A stretch of 64,000 nt of DNA. Origin: Rhynchopus sp. YZ270_cl-10 (taxonomy: Eukaryota). Positions 11,253 to 23,415 of this stretch are shown here, one piece after another. The position numbers and the translations under genes are program-made. The notes under the pieces were generated by a model. That model did no database searches. It worked only from the letters and a program-made list of their open reading frames with translations, and had not been told where the DNA came from. The DNA is taken from assembly GCA_964035575.1 (NCBI GenBank), contig OZ037838.1, positions 1,240,001-1,304,000 of the forward strand, written 5' to 3'. Each line of letters starts with the position of its first letter. Within the stretch, counting starts at the first letter, position 1.

Positions 11253-12359
11253 ATGGATGTGACCTTTGTGCTGGAAGAGTCAGGCGTGACTGCGACAGTG
11301 GAGGTGCCGTGCGAGGCGGACGCTGCAGCGGCAAAGGAGGTTGCGTGCACGGCGCTTGCTGTCTCGCCTGCGTCTGTCGAGATGCGCATCGGCACGCAGG
11401 TGCTGGAGGGGACGTGCCGTCTGCAGGACACTGCGTTTGATGCAGGGGTGCAGGTTGTGCTTGCCCGCCGCTTTGCCGACATCAAGTGTCCTGCTGAACA
11501 CACTTTAGAGATGCGCGCGACGTCGTTGACGCTGTCGCGTTGTGGCACGCTCTGCGTCTATAGTCACGGGACTGGGCATATTGGGGGCTTCGACACAGAA
11601 ACCTTCGAGTCTGCCTTCGAATTCACAATTGGCCGTTGTGTGTACGGTGAGCCTGCCATCTCGCAGTGCAAGACACGCTGCTACCTGGCGTGTGGGAAGG
11701 AAGGAGTTCTAGAGGTTGCGCTTCCGGGTGGGGAGGTGGTCCGCAAAGTCGACGGCTTCTCGAAGTCAGTGTTCGCGAGTGGCAGTGTGGTTGTCTCGAA
11801 GGACGAAGACGGCGTCTCTGTGTATGACGAAGACCTGACGTTGCTCCGCTCTCTCTCTCGCGAAGGGTGCTGGGACGTGGCAGTATCGCGCTGTGGTGGG
11901 TGGGTGCTCACCTGCTCCAACAGAGAGGAAAACGCACGTCTGTGGGATGTGAACACAGGTGAAGCTGTGGCATGTGTGCCGCTGGAGGAGGGGTGGTGTG
12001 TGGCGCTTTCACAGTCTGCCTCTATCTTTGCTGTGGCGGGTTCTGCCAACGTGCACCTCTTTGATTGGAGAGGTGCGTCTCTTCGCAGTATTGATGTGGG
12101 TGGGCGTGTAGAGGGCATGCAGTTCACGCCGTGTGGGAAGTACCTTGTGGTGAGGGTCGATGTTGCAGGATCTTATGCCACTGATGACCATTACAATACA
12201 CACCTGCACCAGTATGATGTGGCGACCATGTCCTGTGTGCGTGTGATACCGCAATGCGGTGCATTTGCGATATCGCCGTGTTCACGCGTTGTTGTGGCAT
12301 TGGAAGGAGGTACCGACAGTGCAACAAGACATCTGTACCCACACAACAGTGATGTGTAG
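11253..12359 (+). CDS. Ubl + WD40-like propeller family, copy 5
   Basis: ATG of MDVTF at 11253; intact ORF. Confidence 0.92.
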   Translation: MDVTFVLEESGVTATVEVPCEADAAAAKEVACTALAVSPASVEMRIGTQVLEGTCRLQDTAFDAGVQVVLARRFADIKCPAEHTLEMRATSLTLSRCGTLCVYSHGTGHIGGFDTETFESAFEFTIGRCVYGEPAISQCKTRCYLACGKEGVLEVALPGGEVVRKVDGFSKSVFASGSVVVSKDEDGVSVYDEDLTLLRSLSREGCWDVAVSRCGGWVLTCSNREENARLWDVNTGEAVACVPLEEGWCVALSQSASIFAVAGSANVHLFDWRGASLRSIDVGGRVEGMQFTPCGKYLVVRVDVAGSYATDDHYNTHLHQYDVATMSCVRVIPQCGAFAISPCSRVVVALEGGTDSATRHLYPHNSDV

Positions 12360-12916
12360 GAGGGCAGGTGGTGATGTATATAACCCAGGTCCAAGCAAAA
12401 TAACCCAACACCCCCAAAAACCCCCTTTTAGCCCTGTTGCAAGAGCACGTACTCCACCCCGGAACTTGTGAGAGTTTGTGAGACGCTACTGAGAGCTACT
12501 AGTGAAAAAATCTCTCCCCGTTCATATATCATACATCACCCAAAAAATGCCCTTTTCGGAAATTGAAACCGCACCCTACTTTTCCTTTTTATGTTGTTCC
12601 CCCACTCCCGCAAACAATAAAGCAATAAAAAACAATAAAGACAAAAGGGAGAGGTTGTGGTGAAACGCACACACCTCGACCTGTCGGTGAAATGTGGCTC
12701 TACTCCAACCCGCCCCGGATTGGAAAAATGGAAAAAAGGATGGGAGTAGGGTACGGTGTTCAATTTCCTTTTAGCATTGCATGTAATCATACAAAAAAAA
12801 TAAATGCGAAAGCAATACAGAGAGAACCAACCAATTTTTTGTTTTTGTGTGCAACATACGAGTGTATCTCAGATTAGTTTACGTAGGGTGGGCACCTGAC
12901 ATAGCGACCTTTAACT

Positions 12917-13020
12917 ACCCGTCTTGAAACACGGACCAAGGAGTCTAACACGTGTGCAAGGCTTAGGGTGTCAAACCCATAAGCCGCACTGAAAGGGAGA
13001 TGTGCCAATCCTTGAGGACG
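12917..13020 (+). rRNA. Isolated fragment of eukaryotic 28S (LSU) rRNA, pseudogenic; boundaries approximate
   Basis: ACCCGTCTTGAAACACGGACCAAGGAGTCTAACA is the conserved LSU segment 3' of the D2 domain (LR3 primer region); no other rDNA nearby. Confidence 0.85.
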
Positions 13021-13033
13021 CATCAAAACAACC

Positions 13034-14042
<1,009 letters not shown>

Positions 14043-14117
14043 CGGAAAAACAGAACAACCCACACCTCAGCTCCAATACTTCCTGACAGAGAAAAGAAAA
14101 GACAAGAAGACAAAACA

Positions 14118-15267
14118 ATGATGGATGTGACCTTTGTGCTGGAAGAGTCAGGCGTGACTGCGACAGTGGAGGTGCCGTGCGAGGCGGACGTTGCAGCGGC
14201 AAAGGTTGCGTGCACGGCGCTTGCTGTCTCGCCTGCGTCTGTCGAGATGCGCATCGGCACGCAGGTGCTGGAGGGGGTGCCGTCTGCAGGACACTGCGTT
14301 TGATGCAGGGGTGCAGGTTGTGCTTGCCTGTCCTCGCGTTGCTGACATCAAGTGTCCTGCTGAGTACAGTGCAGAGGTGCCACCTGATGGGAAGCGGGCA
14401 AATATAATTCACGTATCGCTGTCTCCTTGTGGAGCACTCTGCCTCTTTGCACAGAATGCAGGCTATGTGACCGGCCTCGATACAGAAACCTTCCGCACTG
14501 CCTTCAAGTTCAAAGTAGACATTAAGGGGTGCGGTGCGTCTGCCATCTCACGGTGCAAGACACGCTGCTACCTGTCGTGTTTGAGGGAAGGACTTCTTGA
14601 GGTTACACTTCCGGGTGGGGAGGTGCTCCGCAAAGTTGACGGCCCCTCGTTTGAAGTGTTCGCGTGTGGCAGTGTTGTTGTGTCCCAAGGCAAACACAGC
14701 GTCTCTGTGTATGACGAAGACCTGACGTTGCTCCGCACTCTGTCGCACGAAGGGTGCGACCAGTGGGGCGGGAACATGGAAGTGTCGCGCTGTGGTGGGT
14801 GGGTGATCACCGCCTCCTTCAGGGAGAAAAACGCACGTCTGTGGGATGTGAACACAGGTGAAGCTGTGGCATGTGTGCCTATGTCAAGGTGCGTTGTAGA
14901 GCTGTCAAGGTATACCTCTGTCTTTGCTGTGGGGGTAGATGAGAATGGGGCACGGAGTGTGCAGCTCTACGACTGGAGTGGTGCGGCTCTTCAGAACGCC
15001 ACTATGTCTGGACGTGCCCTTGGCCTGCAATTCACACCGTGTGGGAAGTACCTTGTGTTGCGTGTACAAAAGCGTACTGAGGATGGAGCATTACACGCAG
15101 AGCTGCACCAGTATGATGTGGTGACCATGTCCTGTGTACTTGTGATCCCAGACGTTGCTGCCACCTTTGATGAATCATTTGCGATATCACCGTGTTCGCG
15201 TGTAGTTTTGTTTCTATCCAGAAATTGCAGCGTTGTGACAAGACATCTGTACCCCCACAACGAGTGA
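14118..15267 (+). pseudogene. Ubl + WD40-like propeller family, copy 6, frameshifted in the Ubl part (pseudogene or assembly error)
   Basis: 3 nt deletion (AAKVAC instead of AAKEVAC) and 2 nt loss near 14276 (GAGGGGGTGC versus GAGGGGACGTGC); the propeller part is open. Confidence 0.8.
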
Positions 15268-15269
15268 TG

Positions 15270-15540
15270 TTCATGCTTTGCCACCATGTGAAATGGGTGT
15301 GGTGACTTGCCCCCTTGTATTCCGTGGAGACGGAAGAACTGGTATCGCCAACAGAAGCCTGCGTCTTGCCACCACACACCTATCCAGTGATGGCAGATCT
15401 GCATCCACGAGCAAGACACCGCAGACCACCTTGTCGCAGCCGAACACCACATCGCCTCCCGCCAGGCCGCCCTCGTCGCCCTCCACACAGAGATGTGCGC
15501 CATGGTGAGACCTATTCATGTCCTCACTGCCGTTCATTTT
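15270..15540 (+). repeat. Co-duplicated 3' spacer block, also at about 34580-34850 and 62500-62775, partial at 39692-39775
   Basis: Near-identical sequence CACCATGTGAAATGGGTGTGGTGAC...GATGTGCGCCATGGTGAGACC. Confidence 0.9.
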
Positions 15541-15762
15541 TATCCTGTCGACAGAACCTTAACCCCGACCAAAGCACGAGCCCCAGCCCTCTTCCACTCT
15601 TTCGGAAAAATAGTCCAAGACACAACAAAGAGATTGTGACAAAAAGCGACAATACAACACTCTTTTCGTCCCCCTTCAAACCACCTCCCTTTCCCTTCCC
15701 TTCACCCCCCCTTCAGTTTAGCCTACACTTTCCCAACCCCACTCTACCCTACCCCTTTATTG

Positions 15763-17742
15763 ATGACCCCCAATGATGGGACCCCGGTGAGCCTCGCATC
15801 GAAGCTGTGTTTGCTGAGCACATGGATTGCGATTGCTGCGGGGGTTGCGGTTAGTGTGGTGGCAGCGTCGCAGGATTGGACGCTGCTTCCTCGCAGTGGC
15901 GATGCCTCGCGCTGCATCGATGAATCCGTGTACTCGATCTCCCCTTTCGCAGGCCTCTTCGCAGCACGGCTCCGTGGCAGCGCTGTGTCCGCACTATCCC
16001 TACCCTACGCAACGCTCTCTGCAGAAGACGCAACCTTCGACGCCTACGCGCCTGCCTGCAGCACCTTTCCCGCCTACCTCCTCATTCTCGGCGCCTCATC
16101 TGCCCTCTTTGCTGTCCAAGCTGCCTTCACTTCATACGCATTTTTCGGATCTCACGTGAAAAGAAGACAACACGGTGCCGGTAGTGTTTCCCTTGCAGCA
16201 GGGGTGTCCTCTGTGGTTGTCTCTGCTATGCTTGCTGGATCTGATTTCAATGGAGGTGGTGAGAGGGTGTACGGCGTGGTGTCGTATGATATGCGGGTGG
16301 CATCGTATCCGTATGGGGCCGTGTTTTTGGTTGCGGTGGTGTGTGCGGGGGCTGCGGTGGAGTTGTGTGTACGGTGTAGGGTGCTGGCGACAGCTTCCAC
16401 AGCGGTGTTGGCTTCTGTCGCAGTGCACGCATTGTTGTTGGTTGTGGTGTGCGCGCATCTGGCCGTATGGAGGAATGTAGTGTACACAGCGACGTTGCCT
16501 GCCGCATTGAGTTTGGTCGCCTTACTCTGCAAATCCGTGAGCATGCAGGACATCGAACAAAGAAAAAGCATTGCCGCCTGCGGAGGACTTCTTTTCAAAG
16601 CCTCCGTCACCAGCATGGCGTGGTACTCCATGCTGTACCACTCCGAACGAGGCCACGGTGGTGCCGCAGCGGTCACTGCACTCATCTTTTCTGGTCTCGC
16701 ATCGTTATTAGGCGCTGTCGTTGCGGGGCTGTGCTTAAGAGAAGCGGCACTACACCGGCGGAGCCTTCATGTGGCTAGGGTCTCTTACTTCGTTGTTTCA
16801 ATCGCAGGATCGTTGCTTTCAGTTGCAGTGATGGATGGAGTCGCAGGAGCGATGTTCGCAGCAGGCGCAGCGACCGCAGTGATGACATCTCTGTGCGCAG
16901 TGCACCCTGCAGCACCGCCTGCAGCATTGTCAGCTCCTCTTCCAATCTTGCTGTACATTGCGTACTTAGTAGGGGAAGATAGCGACCTCTTGGGGCAAGG
17001 TGCGAGCTACGCTTCGCTTGCGCTGGCAGGCTATCTGGTAGGTAATCTGTTTGAGGTTGTGACGGCGGCAGCGGTGGGGTGCTATGCATTTGACGCAGAG
17101 AAGGCGGAAACCGAAATGGGGATAGTGCCGACAGAGGGGGAGGAGGAAGCGGCAGAGCCTGCCTGCGCGACGCACCGTGACGAATGGTTTGACAAAAGCA
17201 TCGTCGCAGCCCCGGTTGCCTGCCTTCTTGCAGTGGTTGTATTGCTTACCCAAACTTCGTCTGCATTAGCGAAACCTGAATCCGGCGCCATCGGGGTGGT
17301 GATATTTGAAGGCATGAAAGGGGTGGTCGACACGGCCCCGTTGGGTCCCCTCTTTGGCCACCCGGAGAGTTATAAGAGGTGGCTGTTGGGATTGGCGTTG
17401 AGCCCCGTTCATGTGTCCGGGGCAGTACGTTTGGTGCGTGGGTTTCATACTAAATGGTGGCATGCTCTGTTGTCTGTGGCATGGTTGGTGGGGTGTGCGA
17501 CAGCGCTTGGATTAGGCGCTGGGCCCGAAGGATTGGCCGCGCTGTGCTGTGGGGTAGCGTGCATTTCAGGGTACGCAGCAGCCTCCACACTCACCCGGAC
17601 ACCTGCGGAAGGGGACCTGGTCGACACGTCGCTCCTAGGCCTCATCGCGATCTTCACAGCAAGCTTGGCTTTGATGCTGCAACCCGCTGTCACCCACCTA
17701 TGTGCGAACCACCGCTCTCATTGCTTTGGATCGGGTATTTAG
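15763..17742 (+). CDS. Multi-pass membrane protein of unknown function, about 659 aa
   Basis: Long ORF with many hydrophobic 20-residue segments and one acidic loop (TEGEEEAAEP); no family recognised. Confidence 0.8.
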   Translation: MTPNDGTPVSLASKLCLLSTWIAIAAGVAVSVVAASQDWTLLPRSGDASRCIDESVYSISPFAGLFAARLRGSAVSALSLPYATLSAEDATFDAYAPACSTFPAYLLILGASSALFAVQAAFTSYAFFGSHVKRRQHGAGSVSLAAGVSSVVVSAMLAGSDFNGGGERVYGVVSYDMRVASYPYGAVFLVAVVCAGAAVELCVRCRVLATASTAVLASVAVHALLLVVVCAHLAVWRNVVYTATLPAALSLVALLCKSVSMQDIEQRKSIAACGGLLFKASVTSMAWYSMLYHSERGHGGAAAVTALIFSGLASLLGAVVAGLCLREAALHRRSLHVARVSYFVVSIAGSLLSVAVMDGVAGAMFAAGAATAVMTSLCAVHPAAPPAALSAPLPILLYIAYLVGEDSDLLGQGASYASLALAGYLVGNLFEVVTAAAVGCYAFDAEKAETEMGIVPTEGEEEAAEPACATHRDEWFDKSIVAAPVACLLAVVVLLTQTSSALAKPESGAIGVVIFEGMKGVVDTAPLGPLFGHPESYKRWLLGLALSPVHVSGAVRLVRGFHTKWWHALLSVAWLVGCATALGLGAGPEGLAALCCGVACISGYAAASTLTRTPAEGDLVDTSLLGLIAIFTASLALMLQPAVTHLCANHRSHCFGSGI

Positions 17743-18025
17743 AGTTTTTTGTTTTTTTGAAAAGGGTGTGGAGGAGAAGGAGAGGGAGGAGATAAACTTT
17801 TGCTTTTATGGAAGAGTGATGAAGGGGAAGCGTTCATCCAATCCCTATTTTATTTCAAGGTGACTAAGCACGTAGGATCATCTTATAAACTTTTCTTTTT
17901 ATTTCTCGAGATTCCCACACCGAGAAACGCAACAGAGGCTTTGAATTTTTTTATTGGGGTGAGGACAGTCTGGTACAGGGCAGGAGCTTGGAATATGGGT
18001 TTGGGGCAAAATCGGGTCAAATTCT

Positions 18026-18679
18026 GTTAAATCGGGTCAGGTCCCGAGCTTTTCCGCCTTCGGCGGAAAAGCTCTTGTGAAGACAAACACATGCAGAATG
18101 AGAAGGCGCGTTTCACAAAATGGTACACGTTGATGATACACAAGTGTTGCACCACCCCCGCGGAATGCATGTTGCCCTTGACACTGGCGATGATGTCATC
18201 AAGGTAGGGTTGCGCAATGAAGGTGTGGAATGTGTGTGTAGGCCCTCGCCAGTTCAGGTACTCTCTCTGGGCAGGTGTCCCCTTCGAGCAAACGTCGGAG
18301 GGCGTTCCGTATCCAAGACTTGTCACTGTCTGAGCCCCTCTTTTGGTGTGTCACCCAGCGAGTTGATCCAATATCTGGATCGTCAGCTCGCGCCAGTAAC
18401 CAACGGCTAGGTCGAGTTCGGCATCCCTCTTGGGTTCGGGTTTGATCGGGGTGGAGCGTGCGTTTGAGGGCATTCTGGCTTCATTGAGCTTCGTGCTCGT
18501 CGCGATGGGGTCACATAGTAGTTCCTTATCCTTCTCAGACCCCCTCATGCGACAAGTAGAGTACCCTATTTTTGGATTTTTTCCCTCAAAAATCTATAGT
18601 TTTTTTTTTTTTTTTTTTGCCCTGACCCGTTTTTTTCCATGGGGCCGAAGAAAATCGGGTCAATCTGACCCGATTTAAC
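18026..18679. mobile_element. Probable DNA transposon remnant bounded by inverted repeats
   Basis: GTTAAATCGGGTCAG (18026-18040) and CTGACCCGATTTAAC (18665-18679), with extra AAAATCGGGTCAA copies; no TSD identified. Confidence 0.45.
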
Positions 18680-18695
18680 CCCCAAGCTCCTCCCC

Positions 18696-19054
18696 TGGTC
18701 TGGTACCCCCCAGGTTTGACTTTTGGACAGTTCAGAACCACAAGGTTTCGATAAAGACCCGTTCAGAACCACACCGGTACCTGGGGTTTGACTTGAACAA
18801 GATAAAACAATAAGCTCGCGTTTCTTTTATCCCTTGTTTCGAGTGCGAAACGTTTCTCCATGTATTGCACGGGAAACAATATGACAAACAGGTGCAGGGT
18901 GGTTCCGTGCTTATCATAGAACCTGGCACCTTGTGTGTCTCCCAAAAACCAAAAAAGCGTTGTGTGTGTAGTTTTGAAGGAAGGAAAAATAAAATTATCG
19001 TAAACATTGTGGTTCTGAATTGTCCAAAAGTCAAACCTGGGGGGTACCAGACTG
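18696..19054. mobile_element. MITE with about 57 bp TIRs, interrupted by a mini YR element
   Basis: GTCTGGTACCCCCCAGGTTTGACTTTTGGACA.TTCAGAACCACAA mirrored at about 18995-19052; imperfect 8 bp flanks TCCTCCCC / TCCTTACC. Confidence 0.75.
18794..18994 (+). mobile_element. Non-autonomous 200 bp derivative of the YR retrotransposon (5' tip of repeat A fused to repeat B)
   Basis: Starts TGAACAAGATAAAACAA like 23203 and ends GGAAGGAAAAATAAAA like 30326. Confidence 0.88.
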
Positions 19055-19810
19055 TCCTTACCCCTTTTTGATTTGAAAGTGGAAAAGCGTTGAATAGATT
19101 TCTAGAATGGTATTTCTAATGGGAGCTTTGTGTTGTATTGAACAAAAAAAGAAAAACAAAAATAAGCAACACAGCAAAGGGACGAGGTGTGCATCCCTTT
19201 TTTTGGGTGACATATGAGTTCTCAGAACCTACCCCTAGGGTTGAGGGGATTGTCAACACAACCAAAAAAAACAACAAAAAAGAAACAAGTAATTGCTATC
19301 GGAAAAAAAACGGGGTGTGCTGTGGTTATGGGGGGACCCACACTCCTGAACACCACCCTGTAGAAATAATCTACACTCTGCTCTTCTGCAGGTATGCGAA
19401 AACGCTGCCACAACCACTGGGACGCCTGCACTTGAAACGTTCAAGAACGGGGGCTGTCATCCTCAGACCCCTCTTCGTCCAGCACCATTTGCTCGATCGA
19501 TGGTCGGCGTGTTCCACGTCGTCGTCGTCCACAGCCTCCCACTCATCGTCGCCGGAGGAGGAGTGCGCAAGGAACACAGACGACGAACTGTCGTCGATCA
19601 CACCATGCGCATCAGCACCACCCAGCAAAGCGCCAGGCTGCTATGTTGGTTTCGAAAATCGTGCGGAGTTTCCCACAGCACACCTCGTTCTTTTTCTTAG
19701 CAATTCCTTGTTTTGTTGTTGTTTTCAACACACCTTCCTTCAACCCTTGTAGGATCAGTTGCTATTTTTTTCTAGAAAACTTGAAATTACACATTTCAAG
19801 AGAACAAATT

Positions 19811-21800
19811 AAAAAGGGTCCTTATTTGCGTTTTTGGGCTCTGCCCGTGCAGTGGTGGGGTCAATCTCGAAAATTGGACAATTTTTTGACCACTTAAATT
19901 TTGAGAAATATGAGCCCGGTTGCTTATACGTGGGGCCCATTTTTGGCCAAAATTTTCCTCAAAATCCGGGTTTGTAAAATTGACCCTTTACTCCAGTGTT
20001 CCTAACGCTAGTTTTAAACTAAACGTTTTAAACGTTTTAAATTCTAAACGTTTTAAACTGTTTTAAACGTTTTAAACTCGAATAAAAAACGGTGGTGAAT
20101 TTTGGCTTTTCAGGCAAAAAAAAAAAATTTTTTTTTTTTTTTTTACAGGCAAAAAAAAATGTCTTTGCGAAAAAATGTGGTATTTTCCTCTTTGCTGAAC
20201 TTTTCAGTGGCAGCAGGCACGGTGTAATTAGACACCGCATGGTGTCTAATTACAAGGTGCCACCAGCTCTGCCTGATAGGCCGAGCAGAGTGTGCCTGCG
20301 CCACTGGATGCTTGGTGTGCCCCCTTTGGTGTAGTGGAGCCGTCGTTGTGGTAGAAGATGGCCCCCACTCCTCCTTGGGGGTGCGCTGATCTGGTAGTCA
20401 GTGAAGCGCGTAGTGTTCTGTTTACCGTGTGCAAGGATCTGTCTGTGTAGACGCGTCCCGTGTGGGGTGGCAGAGCCGCAAGAGCCAGTTCCGTCCTTTG
20501 CCGGTTCTCTTCGCTGCTTGCAGAGTCACTCTTGCTGACACCCGGTATTTCTGGTGATCAGCACGTCATTCAGCGTACGATCCCACTCCCACGGTGACAC
20601 GGGGTCGTGGTCCAGTAAGGGTGCGCGTACGCTGTGGCGATAGGCTCCCGTCTCCTCCACAGTCTCTATCGCTCCGGCAAGCCAGCTGTCGCCTGCAGGT
20701 AGCTTAGTCGATATCGCAGCAGCTCTACCAGGGGAGTCCTCCACCCGCATGAACTTCTCCAGGTCGTCCGCCGCTGCTGTTGTGGACAGAGAAGACACAG
20801 TGGTGTCCCATGGTGTCCCCATCACACACTAGCCCACTCAACTTATCTTTTTCTCATGCAGGTGCGTGCAGATCTCCTCCGCATTGTGCAAGTCCTCCTC
20901 CAAAACTTTTGTGCTTACAGGGCGGGCATCCGCACCCTCGCGACAAGGGTGAACACCTTCTCGTCGTTGTGCGCCTTCCAGCCATCAACGTATACCGAGA
21001 TGTGCAGGCTCTTTGCTAGGGCTGCTCTCACAGGAACCATGACCCTGTCATACTCAGCCTTAAGTACCCTGTTACCCATCTGGAACCCGCTGGGAATTTT
21101 TGACACATCAAATGCTGGCACCAAGCGCTTGATCAGCCAGGTTTTAGCGCACTCATTAGGGTACCGTACAGGAAACAAGTTAGCAGGAGAAACCAAGAAA
21201 AACCAGGCTAAATTGACCCCAGATGCACCAAAACTATGATTTTTGATACAGAAAAAAAAAATTCGAAAAATTCCCCCCACTTTTTTTACGTTTTTTTGTG
21301 CAGAACTGTCACCCGTTTTTTATTCGAGTTTTAAACGTTTAAAACGTTTAAAACGTTTAAAACGTTTAAAACGTTTAAAACGCGTTTTAAATAATTTAAA
21401 ACGTTTAAAACGTTTTAAACGTTTTAAACGCAAAATTAGGAACACTGCTTTACTCCCCCCCCACATCGATTTCAATACTATACCTTACTTCACCTACGGT
21501 TGCCCTTACAGGGGGGGTGAAGGAAGGTAAGTTGAAAAAGGGTCCTTATTTGCGTTTTTGGGCTCTGCCCGTGCAGTGGTGGGGTCAATCTCGAAAATTG
21601 GACAATTTTTTGACCACTTAAATTTTGAGAAATATGAGCCCGGTTGCTTATACGTGGGGCCCATTTTTGGCCAAAATTTTCCTCAAAATCCGGGTTTGTA
21701 AAATTGACCCTTTACTCCCCCCCCACATCGATTTCAATACTATACCTTACTTCACCTACGGTTGCCCTTACAGGGGGGGTGAAGGAAGGTAAGTTGAAAA
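19811..21800. repeat. Two-copy tandem duplication of about 265 bp; first copy split by the hAT insertion
   Basis: 19811-19993 plus 21456-21539 matches 21536-21800. Confidence 0.88.
19994..21447 (-). mobile_element. Internally deleted hAT transposon with transposase remnant
   Basis: TIR CAGTGTTCCTAA / TTAGGAACACTG; perfect 8 bp TSD CTTTACTC (19986-19993, 21448-21455); subterminal TTTAAAACG repeats; minus-strand remnant KIPSGFQMGNRVLKAEY...HISVYVDGWK resembles the region of the first catalytic Asp (DxW) of hAT transposases. Confidence 0.92.
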
Positions 21801-21957
21801 GTGGCACAAAAAAAATTGCAATGTAGTTTTAGCAACAGCAAAAGGAGGAGACAAGAGTACTGGTTTTCATCCAACGTTTCTCTGTTCCTTTCAACCATTT
21901 TTTTCTCGTTTAGATCTCTTTTTTAGAACTGTTTCCCCCCCCCCCCCCCCCCCCCCC

Positions 21958-23149
21958 TAGGGGATACGACTCCAGCCATTTTGGCTGGGACCAAACGCAC
22001 GGAAAATTCATTTGGCATTATCTGGTCATCTCCAAGGCAACTGCGGGTGAAAAACACCCTCAGAGTGGGTCACAGGGGGCCTGTGGGTCGAAAAACGACC
22101 CAGAAGCCACCCCAGAATACAAAAAAATGGAAAAAAATAGTGAAAAAACGGCTTTTTTCACGTTTTGGCCACTTTGGGCAAAATAGCGATTTTTCGAGAA
22201 AAAAATCAAAAACCGGGATATTTTTTGACATCACAAAGCCTCCTTTGGCACAAATATACCCCAAAAGTGGCCTGTGAGTCCATTCCAACCTGTTTTGGAC
22301 ATATTTGACACTTTTGGAAGTGTTTTTTTGGTGTTTTTAGGTCAAAAAAATGCCCAAGACGTCCCCAAGACATCCCCAAGACACTTTGCACACCCCCTGT
22401 TACGGTCATATTTTTTTCGTTTTTTTGCCTGAAACCCCCAAAATACCCCTCCCGGACCCCACATAGTCCCGAATATCCATCACACACCCACTCAGAGTGA
22501 GTAGAAGCACCCCAAAAAAAATATTTTTTAAAGCCCTTCAACTTCAACATGGATGCTGCCGAAACTGAAGCACAATTTTAGGGCTTTAAAAAATATTTTT
22601 TTTGGGGTGCTTCTACTCACTCTGAGTGGGTGTGTGATGGATATTCGGGACTATGTGGGGTCCGGGAGGGGTATTTTGGGGGTTTCAGGCAAAAAAACGA
22701 AAAAAATATGACCGTAACAGGGGGTGTGCAAAGTGTCTTGGGGATGTCTTGGGGACGTCTTGGGCATTTTTTTGACCTAAAAACACCAAAAAAACACTTC
22801 CAAAAGTGTCAAATATGTCCAAAACAGGTTGGAATGGACTCACAGGCCACTTTTGGGGTATATTTGTGCCAAAGGAGGCTTTGTGATGTCAAAAAATATC
22901 CCGGTTTTTGATTTTTTTCTCGAAAAATCGCTATTTTGCCCAAAGTGGCCAAAACGTGAAAAAAGCCGTTTTTTCACTATTTTTTTCCATTTTTTTGTAT
23001 TCTGGGGTGGCTTCTGGGTCGTTTTTCGACCCACAGGCCCCCTGTGACCCACTCTGAGGGTGTTTTTCACCCGCAGTTGCCTTGGAGATGACCAGATAAT
23101 GCCAAATGAATTTTCCGTGCGCAAAAAATGGCTGGAGTCGTACCCCCTA
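21958..23149. mobile_element. Foldback element, arms about 570-580 bp with a 42 bp spacer
   Basis: 21958-22537 is the reverse complement of 22580-23149 (mirror ORFs in the track); termini TAGGGGATACGACTCCAGCC / GGCTGGAGTCGTACCCCCTA; poly-C on both flanks. Confidence 0.9.
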
Positions 23150-23202
23150 CCCCCCCCCCCCCCCCCATTCCCCCCACCCCCAGCAACACGCAAAGTAGAT
23201 TC

Positions 23203-23372
23203 TGAACAAGATAAAACAAAAAAGCTTGCGTTTCTTTTATCGAACAGATTTTATTCTCCGCCCCGTACCCAAAACGTAAACACCACTTTGAATCAGAAAA
23301 AATATTTTCTTTTCTTTTTTCTTCCACACGCGCTTGGTTTTTGTGTTTCATTAACTTTTATCAAAAAGCTTT
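23203..23372 (+). repeat. Split direct repeat A1 (170 bp)
   Basis: Matches 27979-28148. Confidence 0.95.
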
Positions 23373-23415
23373 ACCGTTCTTTTCCCTCTTTTTCTTCTCT
23401 TCTTTCTCTCTCATT

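Noticed and set aside
12917..13020. Functional rDNA locus
   Set aside because: Only about 100 bp of LSU sequence with no flanking rDNA
19371..19628. Acidic, Cys-containing minus-strand ORF, possibly a transposase piece
   Set aside because: Too short, no diagnostic motif or associated TIR
21981..23193. Mirror-image ORF pairs on opposite strands
   Set aside because: Consequence of the foldback inverted repeat; no coding signal
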